A stretch of 64,000 nucleotides of DNA from Octopus sinensis (taxonomy: Eukaryota), in contig NC_043001.1 of the NCBI RefSeq assembly GCF_006345805.1, positions 110,732,001-110,796,000 of the forward strand, in the 5' to 3' direction. The notes beneath the pieces were generated by a model that saw nothing but the letters and a program-made list of their open reading frames with translations, was not told the DNA's origin and ran no database searches. This document shows, one piece after another, positions 1 through 12,439 of this stretch (the stretch's first letter is position 1; the number at the start of each line of letters is the position of its first letter). The position numbers and the translations under genes were made by a program.

Positions 1-645
1 TGGACGCCAATACAAATTTGACTTAGTATAAACGCAAACAAAATTATATGATGATGTATCGTGAAATAAAAAAAAAAAACATACCTGTGTATATGTGTAT
101 GTGTGAAGAAATATCAGCACGAACATACCTCCGATGGAACGATCGGCATGAGAAATACACATAACATTGGGAGTCAAATATTATTATTGAGAGTTCTATT
201 CTGAGACAACTATCTAAGGAAATAATCGAAAATTATTCCTACAACTTGGAACCTAAAATAATAAACGAAAAAGAATAGAGCGTGTTCGGGCTAAATTTGA
301 CAGTTTGCATGAAAAAGAAGAGAACACTCAATTTCACGTCCCAAAAAACTCTTATATTAGAAAACAAAAAAAAATATCAACCTTAGCTGTGTTACTCATA
401 GGTTACTCAAATTAGCCGTACACATAGTCCACTTTCGTCCTCAAAACATTCTAACGCATGAATTATTCACTCTGTTATTGGCAAGATCTTCAGATATCTC
501 CCTGACTTTGACCAACAACCTGACCTTGATACTGCTGAGAGAGATGTTGATGGTTATCTCATCCGCGTTCCACTCATAGTGATCCTTGGAATTTCAATCG
601 GGGGAATTAGGTGTCCAGAAATTGGGACTGATTAAGTCGTAGATA

Positions 646-946
646 GTGGAGGCGCATGGCCTAGTAGTTAGAGCAGCGAACTCGCGGTCGATGGATCGCG
701 GTTCTAATCTCAGTCTGCGCAATGTGTGTGTTTATGAGCGAAATATCTAAGCTCCACCCAGCTCCGGCAGAAGGTAATGGCGAACTTCTGCTGACTCTTT
801 AGCCACAATTTTCTCTCAATCTTTCCTCCTTCATCTTGCAGCTCACCTGCGACGGACCGGCGTACCGTCCTGGTGGGGATCCTATACACCAAGACAAAGG
901 GAAAATGGCCCTTATGTGCCAGGCATAGCTCGAGAAGGAAAAAAAC
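646..946 (+). mobile_element. tRNA-derived SINE (CORE-type, OR-like) with TSD
   Basis: tRNA-like head gtggaggcgcatggcctagtagttagagc...ggttctaatc; TSD aagtcgtagata (634-645) / aagtggtagata (947-958); homologous to 56648-56937. Confidence 0.85.
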
Positions 947-1393
947 AAGTGGTAGATATGCTTCCATAACATCTTCTGACTCTTTCCGGAAGTATGCCAA
1001 GAATCTGAATCGTTCAGCCACACATGTGACCTTCCAGCAGTAAACGTTCCCAGCCATGGTTTGGGAACAGTCTCCAACATCTTCCCATATATAGCTATAT
1101 TGAGTCTAAAGCCCAACCGGAAGATGGGGGGGGGGTATAAAGTGACTCTCAGTAAAGAGTAAAGGGTCATAGTCAGCCGTAACTTGGTTTTCATGATGTC
1201 CACGCCACGTCTTACAGTATTCACAGTATTGAGCATTATACCTGGCGCGAATCATCATGACAAATAGAACACTTTCCAGTATTCAAATGGCTCCTGTCCT
1301 CCGTGTCAGCTACCTTTTGCTCAACTACGATTTTAATCTTCATACTCTCCAACGTCACTGCATCAAGCATGTGCTGAAGATAATAGACATAAA

Positions 1394-1468
1394 ATGGCAT
1401 AGTGGTTAAGAGCGCCGGCTACTAACCCCAAGATTGTGAGTTCGTTCCCAGACAGAGACCGCAATTAA

Positions 1469-1542
<74 letters not shown>

Positions 1543-1742
1543 TAATAATAATACCATCGAAAAATACCTTAAGAATGAGAACCCAGGTTCGAAATTTCGC
1601 CAAGACATCTGATGAAGGCTGGAGGGTTTATCAGCCGAAACGTTGTGTTATCAACAAACAAGATGAGGACTAATAACTAATATCCGTCGAATGCAAATAA
1701 TATAAATAATGTACATAATTCCTCATTTCTTAAATATAGAAT
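1394..1742 (+). mobile_element. Composite SINE-like element: tRNA-like head, (AAT)n, hammerhead-containing tail
   Basis: A box tggcatagtgg (1395-1405), B box gagttcgttccc (1438-1449), (AAT)n 1469-1553; tail recurs at 10562-10700 (-) and 21015-21118. Confidence 0.75.
1604..1649 (+). ncRNA. Minimal type I hammerhead ribozyme motif
   Basis: gacat-CTGATGA-a-ggctg(gagggtttat)cagcc-GAAA-cg-TT-gtgtt; stem I gacat/gtgtt, palindromic stem III ACGT. Confidence 0.7.
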
Positions 1743-2131
1743 AGGTGAAAACTACTTTCTCTTGCTATAAATCAAGCAATATAACGATCGTTAAACGGAA
1801 ATATTAAAGAAATATGACGCACTTTTAGTTAGAATATCATAACACATGAAGAAAAATCTCAAATTCCATCTATACACATAAATAATAGTTAAATTAATTA
1901 CTACTTTGAGTGTCTTGTGCAAAATTTATCTAATTAATTCAAATGAGCAAAGTTATATTTCTTTCATAGAATTTGTTAAAACTAGCATTTATCATGATTA
2001 AGCAGAAACTCTGACGTATGGTTCTTCAAAAACTCTACGTTAAAGTTTTCTATAATTTTGTAAAGTATCGCTTTAGAAGGCACAAAAATATGCTCGGATA
2101 GCTTTCATTTTAACAGTCTTACTAACATGTT

Positions 2132-2304
2132 TCTCTCTTTTACTTCTTTCAGTTATTTGACTGTGGCCATGCTGGAACACCGCATTTAGTCGAGCAAATT
2201 GACCCCAGAACTTATTCTTTGTAAGCCTAGTACTTATTCTATCGGCCTTTTTTGCCGAACAGCATCGGTTGTCAAGCGATGTTGGGGGGACAAACAGAGA
2301 CACA

Positions 2305-2401
<97 letters not shown>

Positions 2402-2554
2402 GACGGGGTTCTTTCATTTCCCATCTACCAAATCCAATCACAAGGCTTTGGTCGGCCCGAGGCTATATTAGAAGGCAGTTGCACAATGTGCCATGAAGTG
2501 GGTCTGATCCCGGAACCACGTGGTTCGTAAGAAAGCTACTTACCACACAGCCAC
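2132..2554 (-). mobile_element. SINE family A (tRNA-like head, CORE-like box, internal TA/CA microsatellite)
   Basis: Reverse-complement match to 23601-24005. Confidence 0.85.
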
Positions 2555-2599
2555 AAAGACAGACAATGCTAACAGAGGTGGACTCACAATGTTTATTAG

Positions 2600-3215
2600 T
2601 GGGTCTTATAATGAAGCACGCAAAAACAAAAGATAAGCGATCGGAAGATGTGGCACACGGAGGATTAGGGGTGGGAAGCGATGAAATGGAAGGTGTACAG
2701 GCGTTTGTCTGCTTGGGATACACAGTGAATATACGCGGAGATGTGTATTCTGTAATATATGATGTGCTGAAACAAAGCTAGACAATTCCATGGCAGGACA
2801 TTCTGTATCCCCGCCCTAGGCGCGCAGTTGATCGTGGGCTACTAATTAGTAGATGGAACAACGATTGTTTGCGACGCAGAGAGCCATAGGCAGATCCATG
2901 CTGGAAATATCGATCCAACAGCATATTCAAAATAAGATACTTCGACAACGGATCAGAGTGAACGGTGTGATCGCAGGATACCGAAAACACAAGTTCTTCA
3001 TCCCCAGATATGTCGTAAAGTTCAAAGACACCAGATAGACCCGTGCAGTTATCGAGTGATACCCAAAAGATCGGATGGTTACTTGGAAGTCTCTGCGATG
3101 ATTGGAAGACGACTTAGTTAAGTATTTTAAGCGATGATGGGATAAAATGGAGCAATCAAGAATTGGAAGTACATTGTGACCAGTGCTGTATAACAGCATC
3201 TGGTGGTCTGGACGA
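2600..3215 (+). pseudogene. Decayed RTE-clade LINE fragment (C-terminal to RT)
   Basis: QRAIGRSMLEISIQQHIQNKILRQRIRV...TRAVIE*YPKD resembles the RTE C-terminal pattern QRAMER.MLGISL.D.I.N..IR....W.P; stops and frameshifts. Confidence 0.55.
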
Positions 3216-3237
3216 TACTTAGATTCTGCTATACATA

Positions 3238-3759
3238 CGTAAATCCTCGAGTATAGTCCACCCTTGAGTATAATACGCAGGGGATTTTTAGAGGGTTGTA
3301 CCACTGAAAATCCTAAACCTTGTGTATAATACGCACCCTTTCTCCAAATTGAGTCGTGAGTAATTAAGCTAGCAGCACCTAGTCGAACAAAACACTTCCG
3401 CGCATGAGTAATACAATAATGGTGATGTTCTTACCTGTTATATGGGAATGTAAATATGTTTGCAAATTGTTTTTGTTACATGTTATTCTGTGTTCTGAAT
3501 ATTTATATTTTAATAAATGTTGCTTACTGCAAGTTATGGATGATTCTTTTATGACTTCATTGCTTTCAGGCTTAGCTTAAAGTATTTTCGCGCCCAACAT
3601 CACAAAATACGCCTGAATAAACATTCCCGGACAACAAATATAGACTCGGACATTGCTTAGAAAATATTTTTCATTTTTAACCTCGTATAGAGTACGCTCT
3701 AGGGATTTTGTCCTTTAAATTTTGGGAAAAAAATGCAAATTATACTCGAGGATTTACGG
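3238..3759. mobile_element. MITE, Tc2/pogo-like
   Basis: TIRs cgtaaatcctcgagtata / tatactcgaggatttacgg; TA at left; subterminal tataatacgca repeats; no ORF. Confidence 0.75.
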
Positions 3760-4458
3760 ACGTTACTCTCAATCTTCCAAATGCGCAAATATAAGCAGCG
3801 AATAAAGCAGCAAGATATCGCTGTGAATGACGTACAGCTTGTCTAAAAACAAAAAGATGTAATGCTATCTAAAATATATTTAGACGAAGACAGAACGGAC
3901 ACGATAATCGTTAAATAAATAGTTTGAATGCTGATCTATACAATCAAAAGTTATTTCGAGAGAGACGACAATATTCATTAGTTATTTCAACGGAAACTAC
4001 GATAAATCAAATACAAACGAAGCTGCCTTAGGCATTCAGTTGTCTACCTTTTTAACTAAAGTGTGACGAGAATTTTCAGTGTAATGCGCGCTCGCGCGTG
4101 TGTAGGTGTAGAAATCAATTAGAACTTGAAAAGTAAACGCCATGTCTAGCTCCTAAAAACAATCAATTAAAAAGCAATTGAGGTCAAATGAATATATGTA
4201 ACATGATGTTCGTTTTGATGTTTGCTTCTGCTGGTCGTGTTGTTATATCCGAAACCGAAAAAGACGATAATGGCGGTGCCTTTAGCCCAGGATTATCCCA
4301 AAGCATCTACTCATAAATATATCAACCTTTCTATATATATATAGCTAACACTATGTTATCTAATTCGCTCTTAACCTGTGCGAATATAACAAACAGATAC
4401 TAGATGTTCGGATGCAATACTTAGTGTTATTTTTCATACATGATGACGTTCTAACATA

Positions 4459-4720
4459 CAAAAATAAATAAATGCACCCTTTTAAAGCCTAGCCAGGCTC
4501 ATGTTCCCGGTTTCCCGGTTTCAATGGAGTATATGTTCCCCAGCTGGACGGGACCCCAATCGATCGCAGTGATACTCACTGTTGCCTGCTGAGTGGACTG
4601 GAGCAACGTGAAATGAAGTGTTTTGCTCAAGAACACAACTCGTCGCCCGGTCCAGGAAACGAAACCAGAATCTTACGAATATGGTGCTGACACCTTAACG
4701 ACTAAGCCACGCGCATCCAC
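4459..4720 (-). mobile_element. CORE-type tRNA-derived SINE with TSD
   Basis: Minus strand has gttgtgttcttgagcaaaacacttcatttcac (CORE-like); TSD gacgttctaacata / gacattctaacata. Confidence 0.85.
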
Positions 4721-5422
4721 GACATTCTAACATAGCCTTTTATAAAGTTTTCCTTCTGGGCTGTCGACAGAAACTGAAACGGAGTTCGAGGCATATTTCA
4801 TTGTCAGAGTAACTGCCAATTAGCGAAGAACTATGATGTTTCAGCTCTCTCAAAAAGCGTGCAGATTGTATGATGAGGATATTTGGGACTTTTGGATTCG
4901 GAAAAAAAAGTTAACAAAAAAAGATGTAGGAAGTTTTTTTTTTTTTCCATCAGTATATTTGTTTTGGATGTTCCCACTATTAGTATGTTTGCAGGAACGT
5001 TTGAATAGATTCAATTATCGAAAGGCATTTCCAATACTTGTCACAGAAAATTCTGTTTATGTAAGGACAAACACAGATCCATATTATATATATATTTTAG
5101 AATGTTCTCGAATGATCCCGAACACACACACACACGCACACACACAGGTATATGAAAATGTATATGCGAGATGCTGTTACCTGGTACTAGCCACTAATGA
5201 GCTACAATAGAAAAAAATCATGATATACGGAAATTCCAGTGCACATGACAGAAGCATTTCGTCTGCAATGATCTATGTGTGCGTCCTTATGCATCAAGTG
5301 CGTATATGACATGTTCTCACGTTGCTAATAACACAGTATTCGGTGGTCTAACAAGACATCCATTCGTAGTTGGATATGAAGATTACAAGATTACCTTTTG
5401 ATGTTAACAAGACTTCTGTCGC

Positions 5423-5460
<38 letters not shown>

Positions 5461-5476
5461 TAATAATAACTATATA

Positions 5477-5510
<34 letters not shown>

Positions 5511-5524
5511 CATGTGTATGTGCG

Positions 5525-5555
<31 letters not shown>

Positions 5556-5562
5556 GCATATG

Positions 5563-5612
<50 letters not shown>

Positions 5613-5621
5613 ATGTATATA

Positions 5622-5654
<33 letters not shown>

Positions 5655-5699
5655 GCATATGTATATGTATGTATATATATATGCATATGTATATGTATA

Positions 5700-5743
<44 letters not shown>

Positions 5744-5805
5744 GGTATTATATATATATATATTATATATATATATATCTATATATATATATGTATACAT
5801 ATATA
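5423..5805. repeat. (AAT)n plus (TA)n-rich microsatellite
   Basis: Direct reading. Confidence 0.95.
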
Positions 5806-6073
5806 TTTAGCAATTAAGGACAACTACTTAATAAGGAAAACTTAACAAGAAATTGTCAGGTAGATAGCGTAAAAACCTCATACGAGAAAAAATTTCGAAA
5901 ATAATTATTTCTTATTGAACATATTAATTATATATAGAGGGCATTATACATACATGCCAGGAGGCATTCTACATACACGCCATACGCTAAGAGGGACAAT
6001 CAGTCATTTCTACCAAAAATATTACTAATCCCACCGAATGCAATTTTTCAAAGAAAGACATTTAAAAATATAT

Positions 6074-6121
6074 AGACCTGTATCACAGTGATTTCATACT
6101 TAAGTAATCATCAGCAGGCCT
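6074..6121 (-). ncRNA. Type I hammerhead ribozyme motif (copy 1)
   Basis: Minus strand: aggcctg-CTGATGA-ttacttaagtat-GAAA-tcac-t-gtga-TA-caggtct. Confidence 0.8.
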
Positions 6122-6551
6122 GAATATACTATAAATAAACAACGACCCTGCTTCGCTTAAGCCGATCAGCTAACTGATCAACATCAACGAAGCACATGGG
6201 TGGGTTTATATATACTATATCCGGATGAATGGCAAACTTTTACGAATTGCATTTCGGGAGAGGAAAAGTTTTTTCGGAATAAAAATTTAGCAATTAAGGA
6301 CAACTACTTAATAAGGAAAACTTAACAAGAAATTGTCAGGTAGATAGCGTAAAAACCTCATACGAGAAAAAATTTCGAAAATAATTATTTCTTATTGAAC
6401 ATATTAATTTATATAGAGGGCATTATACATACATGCCAGGAGGCATTCTACATACACGCCATACGCTAAGAGGGACAATCAGTCATTTCTACCAAAAATA
6501 TACTAATCCCACCGAATGCAATTTTTCAAAGAAAGACATTTAAAAATATAT

Positions 6552-6599
6552 AGACCTGTATCACAGTGATTTCATACTTACGTAATCATCAGCAGGCCT
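6552..6599 (-). ncRNA. Type I hammerhead ribozyme motif (copy 2)
   Basis: As copy 1 but stem II is tac-GTAA-gta (GNRA loop). Confidence 0.8.
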
Positions 6600-6804
6600 G
6601 AATATACTATAAATAAACAACGACCCTGCTTCGCTTAAGCCGATCAGCTAACTGATCAACATCAACGAAGCACATGGTGGGTTTATATATACTATATCCG
6701 GATGAATGGCAAACTTTTACGATTGCATTTCGGAGAGGAAAAGTTTTTTCGGAATAAAAATTAGCAATTAAGGACAACTACTTAATAAGGAAACTTACAA
6801 TATG

Positions 6805-6874
<70 letters not shown>

Positions 6875-6877
6875 TTA

Positions 6878-6950
<73 letters not shown>

Positions 6951-7481
6951 GTATATATATATGCTCTAGTATCCGTTTCGTATATTCCGTTGTATAGTTT
7001 ATGTACTGGCATGCGTTAAACTTAATAAGCGCGTATGTGCATAAATATATGTTCGCGTGCGTCACCATTGTAATAGATACTTGATCGATTCAGCATAGCC
7101 GAATAGCTATGCAAATATAACGCCTCCAGATTCGAAATCTCGCCAGAATGCTTTTAGTATGGTTTCGGTGGATGGATTATATATCAGTGCGTGTGAATCA
7201 ATGGAGAACGTTCAGAAGGTCTTCAGATGGATTGTGGCATTAACTGAAAATTGCCGCCAAGAGATACAGTGTTATCCTGATGCTAGTTCTGATTTATGTT
7301 ACTGCCAGATCTAAGCTATTTCAACGAGTGGGAAGTTCAATTGATCAGTAAATATACACTTCTGATCGACGCCGACGTACATTCGTCTACTAAATGGTCG
7401 GAGCATTCAGCTGCAACCTTTCATGCCGTCTGTAATTGTTGCATATTATTTTTTAAACATCTGTGATATATAAATATATAC

Positions 7482-7885
7482 ATATTTCTTTACTACCCAC
7501 AAGGGGCTAAACACAGAGAGGACAAACAAGGACAGCCATAGGTATTAAGTCGATTGCATCAACCCCAGTGCGTAACTGGTACTTAATTTATCGACCCCGA
7601 AAGTATGAAAGGGAAAGTCGACTTCGGCGGAATTTGAACTCAGAACGTAACGACAGACGAAATACCTATTTCTTTACTATCCACAAGGGGCTAAACACAG
7701 AGAGGACAAACAAGGACAGACAAACGGATTAAGTCGATTACATCGACCCCAGTGCGTAACTGGTACTTACATTATCAACCCCGAAAGGATGAATGGCAAA
7801 GTCGACCTCGGCGGAATTTGAACTCAGAACGTAACGGCAGACATTTCGCCCGGTGTGCTAACGTTTCTGCCAGCTCACCGCCTTA
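7482..7885 (-). mobile_element. Meta/MESC-domain SINE family B, tandem dimer
   Basis: Head aggcggtgagctggcagaaacg plus two ~183-bp units containing gcc(t/a)ttcatcctttcgggg..gataa..taagtaccag. Confidence 0.8.
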
Positions 7886-9011
7886 TATAAGCATTTACAT
7901 ACTTTCAGATTTAGTGTAATGAATCAGAGTAAAATACTGAGTAGGTTTCAAAGTTGTATTTTCGTTAAATTCACAAAAAGAGAGAAACTTTGGATAAATT
8001 ATGCAATATGAGATTAAATCAAACGATTAATTTGTGTAAATTGGATTAAATAATTAACATAAGAAGCTAACCTATTTCTATAAATAATTCAATACTTGTG
8101 CGATACCATGTTCAATCCATCTACTTCCTCATTTGTATGCGCTTATGATGCATATTGGTCTGAGTAAAATCTTAACAACTAGAACATGTCAGTATTCTGT
8201 TGAACATAAACATATTCATAGGCATATTCAAAGAGATATGCATAATTATAAATGGTACATATCTTGATAGAAATTATATTTCGTCAAAGGACGTGTAGTT
8301 GTAGAGAAATACGGACAAAAATTGCAACTGTAAGAATTTGAATCAACCTTCAGTTACAAAAAGCACTTAGTTATAGGTAGAAATATTAGAACTTTGAGAT
8401 TTTGTCCGCTTGTGTTAAGTACCTAGCTGTAGTACATCAATTTTTGTCGAAACGATCGTTGATAGCAATAAAGTTATCCGTGTACTGTTCCATTTTCTGT
8501 CTATCATTTGAATTATACTCAAAGTACACCGAAGAATTCTTGAGGGTGATCCAGCGATAATTGTGTGCTTGTTTGTCCGCCACAAATGCTTAACAACCGA
8601 TGCTGATGTGTTTACGTGCCTGTAACAACCGTGGATGAGTCCAGGTAACTATAGACAGTGAACATACCAAAACAGTTAAATATTAGCTTATGTGTGTGCT
8701 TATGCGTGCGCGAGTATGTGTGTCTTTGTGTGTGTGTGAGTGTGTGTATTTGCCTGCATGTGTGCGATTGTGTAGTAATTATATTGGTGTATATTGATGT
8801 AATGTATATATGTGTGCGTAAAATTTTCATATACAAATGTGTGTACACGTATGTGTGTGTCTGTGTCTGTTTGTCTGCGTTTGTGAATGTGCGTGTGTTG
8901 TGAGTGTGAAATATGGATTTTACACAGGTTTATAGTAGTCCATCAACGCATTTAGCTATTATGGTTTCTACAACAGTATATATATATGAATATATATATA
9001 TATATATATAT

Positions 9012-9067
<56 letters not shown>

Positions 9068-9075
9068 GCATATAT

Positions 9076-9108
<33 letters not shown>

Positions 9109-9178
9109 ATATATGCATATATATATATATATATATATATGTATACATACACACACACGCGCACACACACACACACAC

Positions 9179-9224
<46 letters not shown>

Positions 9225-9772
9225 ATATATATATATATTATTCAGCTTTCTTTGAAGTTTTATTGCCGATAGAGAAAGAACCTGTTTTTAACCAAGATCA
9301 AAAGCTATTTCATTGCGACTTCAGGCTATTTGTTCCCATTTGTGTGTATGTATGCAGTATTGGGAATCAGTGCATATGCAGATTTGTATGTTTTGCTTTA
9401 TGTGTATATTCTCATGCATATACTTGCATCTCCAGACCGGTGCATATGTACGTAAATTCTAAATTTCAGGAAAATTTTACCCTCTTTTGAAATCCCAGGG
9501 ACGACGTGGATCTGTAGCCTTGTAATTAACGTTCTCATTACACATTTCGAGAAACCTCATTTCTCAAGAGTAAAGCTTATGCAATATGTTACATATCTCA
9601 ATGCCCCAGTGATTAAGAGTATGACCCTAAACCGCTAAGGCAGGTAGAGTAACTGCAAATGTCTCAATAGTTCCGTGTAGTTGTTTTGTTTTGTTTTCTT
9701 TACGTGGACATCGAATGGACAGCTGTTTTAGGATACGGTACATAGTTTCCCTCCCTTATCCTAAAACATTGA

Positions 9773-10355
9773 TCTCTATATCTACAAACGGCAAAATGTC
9801 TGTGTATCTGTGTGTCTGTGAGTCCTTTATACAAATTCACAGTTTTTCACGTAAAAGGCTCGCATCTACTATGGGATTTCAAAACTGTCTGAGGGTGGTC
9901 ATGAAGATCTTTTCATTTCCCCAGTCACCCCAGAAAGCCATTAAAATCTCGTTAAACTGACTCCTTATGCCCATAAGTTATGGGCATATCCATTCAAAAT
10001 CGCTTAAAACATAGAAATTTGTACGCGGTGCGTGCGTACAGCTAGATGAACCAATAGACTGCCAGCTGTGTTTTGATTGGACAGAGAAAATTTTACCCTT
10101 GACAGTTGAATGGGTGTGCGCATTTGCAGACATTCCTGCTAAATTTCTATAATTATACCGTTCCAGGTGTGAAAACCGAAGTTCAATGAATATTAATTAC
10201 TCTCATAAAAAACTCCAACTATCTCATAAACAAGAAAACTGGCTGAAATGTGATAAGAAACATAGCTATTGATTTAGTGAGAAATTTTTACTGCGACCCG
10301 GCAACGAACAACAAGCACTAGTACTAGACCCTGCAACGCCGGGTCATAGTGCTAG
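9773..10355 (+). mobile_element. Non-autonomous Helitron
   Basis: 5' TC after A; 3' hairpin gaccctgcaacgccgggtc then CTAG followed by T. Confidence 0.75.
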
Positions 10356-10561
10356 TTAATTATATATGCATTTTATAGAGATTGTGACTGGGTCATTCCT
10401 CTTTCATATTATGAGTCGCCATATCCTCTATCATACGGTGGGTACTTAACTCTCTGGTCTCGGTATTATTCTATCGAAGGAGCTCGTACTAGTTTGTCTG
10501 CCTTTCTGTCTGTATGTATATGTGTATATATGAAAGTCGTTTAGGTAGTACTCTCTAGTAA

Positions 10562-10700
10562 ATTATTTGCATTTGACAGATATTTGTCCTCGTTTGTTGT
10601 TAACACAAAGTTTCGGCTGATATACTCTCCAGCCTTCATCAGGTGTCTTGTGGAAATTTCGAACGTGGGTTCTCATTCCTAAGTTATTTTTCGATGTTAT
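10562..10700 (-). mobile_element. Hammerhead-containing tail of the 1394-1742 family (HHR at 10602-10647)
   Basis: Minus strand: gacac-CTGATGA-aggctg...cagcc-GAAA-ctttgtgtt, preceded by (AAT)n; stem III mutated. Confidence 0.75.
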
Positions 10701-10717
10701 TGCTATTATTATTATTA

Positions 10718-10771
<54 letters not shown>

Positions 10772-10797
10772 TATTATTATTATTATTATTATTATCA

Positions 10798-12368
10798 TTG
10801 TCATTTACTTTTAATCTCCATGTTTGATGCAATCACTTGCCGGGGCACACCCAGCGCCCTAGGGCAAGTGAAGGTTAAGAGTTGTTGAAATATAGTTGAA
10901 AGCTTGGGGAGGGGAAGTAGAGAAATATCTCCATGTAATACAAACACAAACATTTACATTGATATGGTTTTTCTAAGGATGTGGGCAGTACTTGTTAGCA
11001 CAATCTTTTGGATTTCCTTGAGACATGGTTCTCCAGGGATATTGTCTAGGTGTTTCTGACATCCCTTTTTTATCATACCTAGGGCACCTACAATAACAGG
11101 AACAGTTTTTGTTTTAAGATTCCACATCTTTTGCATTTCGATTTCCAGGTCCTTATATTTACTAAGTTTGTCAAATTCCTTTACAGATACATTTTTATCA
11201 GTGGGGACGCTTACCTCTATTAGTCTGCAGGTATTTTCTTCCCTGTCTTTAACAATTATGTCTGGTCGATTAGCCTTGATCGTTCTGTCAGTGTTGACTG
11301 GAAAATCCCAGAGGATGGTGACATCCTTACCTTCAACAACTGGCTGAGGATGGTGTTCATACCAGTTAGCAGGAGTGTCGAATTTGTAGTATTTACATAT
11401 CTTCCAATGTATATACTGTCCTACCCTATCGTGGCGATTTTTGTATTCGTTTGGTGTCAGCACAGGACATCCCGAAACGAGATGGTCTATCGTTTCGTCA
11501 AATGTGTCACAGAATCTGCATTTAGGGTCAGTACCGTTTCGGAGAACGTTAGCCTGGTAATTTCTGGTAAACAAGCTTTGATTTTGTGCTGCCATTATGA
11601 AGCCTTCAGTCTCTGCTTTCAATCCAGAACTCTTCAGCCACTGATGGGTTGTTGCTTGGTCTACATCAGCATTTTGGCTTCGGAGAATATATTGTCCATG
11701 CAGGGGCTTCTGGCTCCACCGCCTCTCAATTTGATTCTGCCCGTTCTTTTTTGCAGTCTGCTTGATTCGCTTTGCTTGCTTGGTAGCAGTGGTTTCCGGC
11801 TTTTCATCTGATTCAAGGTTAATGTCTAGTTTCCTTTCGAACTTATAGGCTTCCTTGACAATAGAATGCAGCTTTTTGCTGCTTTCGTGTTCGCACACAA
11901 GTCGCAGCATCCAGTCCTTTGTACTAGATAGGTACCTGTTCATTCCTACAGTAGAGGTCTTATAGCACAGCTCTAATTGCATCATTCCTCTCCCCCCGCT
12001 GCTTCTAGGTAGGTACAGGCGGTCTACATCTGCCTTAGGGTGGTGCATGCTCTTGGATGTCAGTAATTTTATTGTCTTCCTGTCCAAGCGTTGGAGTTCC
12101 GTAAGGTTCCAGTTAATGATGTTAAAACTGTACTGGACTACTGGAAGCGCCAGGGTGTTAATGGCCTCAATGCAATTTTTGGAGTTGAGTTCTGTCTTCA
12201 GTACAAGCCTTATTCTCCTATAGTATTCCTTTCTTATTTTTTCCTTCATAGTAGCATGATGTATACCATCTCCTTCGTTGATTCCTAGGTATTTGTAACT
12301 TTCTTGTGGGTCAAGTTCCTTGATGGTAGTGTCAATATCTAATTTAACAGAAGCTGTTTGCCTGAGCT
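10798..12368 (-). mobile_element. 5'-truncated R4/Dong-clade non-LTR retrotransposon in (TAA)n
   Basis: (ATT)n on both sides (10704-10797, 12368-12439); open ORF plus ~150-nt 3' UTR. Confidence 0.9.
10954..12366 (-). CDS. R4/Dong ORF C-terminal part: RT thumb, CCHC zinc knuckle, restriction-like endonuclease
   Basis: YKYLG upstream of the annotated Met, RLYLPRSSGGRG, CRFC..DETIDHLVSGC, RHD, RPDII...LIEVSVP, KLSKY; frame open to the truncation point. Confidence 0.9.
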   Translation of the reverse strand, partial: LRQTASVKLDIDTTIKELDPQESYKYLGINEGDGIHHATMKEKIRKEYYRRIRLVLKTELNSKNCIEAINTLALPVVQYSFNIINWNLTELQRLDRKTIKLLTSKSMHHPKADVDRLYLPRSSGGRGMMQLELCYKTSTVGMNRYLSSTKDWMLRLVCEHESSKKLHSIVKEAYKFERKLDINLESDEKPETTATKQAKRIKQTAKKNGQNQIERRWSQKPLHGQYILRSQNADVDQATTHQWLKSSGLKAETEGFIMAAQNQSLFTRNYQANVLRNGTDPKCRFCDTFDETIDHLVSGCPVLTPNEYKNRHDRVGQYIHWKICKYYKFDTPANWYEHHPQPVVEGKDVTILWDFPVNTDRTIKANRPDIIVKDREENTCRLIEVSVPTDKNVSVKEFDKLSKYKDLEIEMQKMWNLKTKTVPVIVGALGMIKKGCQKHLDNIPGEPCLKEIQKIVLTSTAHILRKTISM

Positions 12369-12385
12369 ATTATTATTATCATTAA

Positions 12386-12439
<54 letters not shown>

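Larger units (their letters stand above)
5806..6800 (-). repeat. ~480-bp tandem repeat (2.1 copies), PLE pseudo-LTR-like, in (TA)n
   Basis: Units start at 5806, 6286 and 6761 (ttagcaattaaggacaac); each full unit carries a hammerhead. Confidence 0.9.

Noticed and set aside
956-1250. Possible RTE-like remnant around the first SINE (also 57250-57630)
   Set aside because: Too degenerate to support by eye.
1394-1460. tRNA gene here and at other SINE heads
   Set aside because: No complete acceptor stem or cloverleaf; the sequence continues into a repeat body.
5348-5845. Long YI/IY, poly-I/N/Y/L and HT/CV ORFs here and throughout the window
   Set aside because: They are translations of (TA)n, (AAT)n, (CA)n and (TATC)n microsatellites.
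7080-7440. Higher-complexity stretch as a possible host exon (also 24460-24640)
   Set aside because: No sustained ORF, recognisable protein or convincing splice sites; small exons cannot be excluded without RNA-seq.
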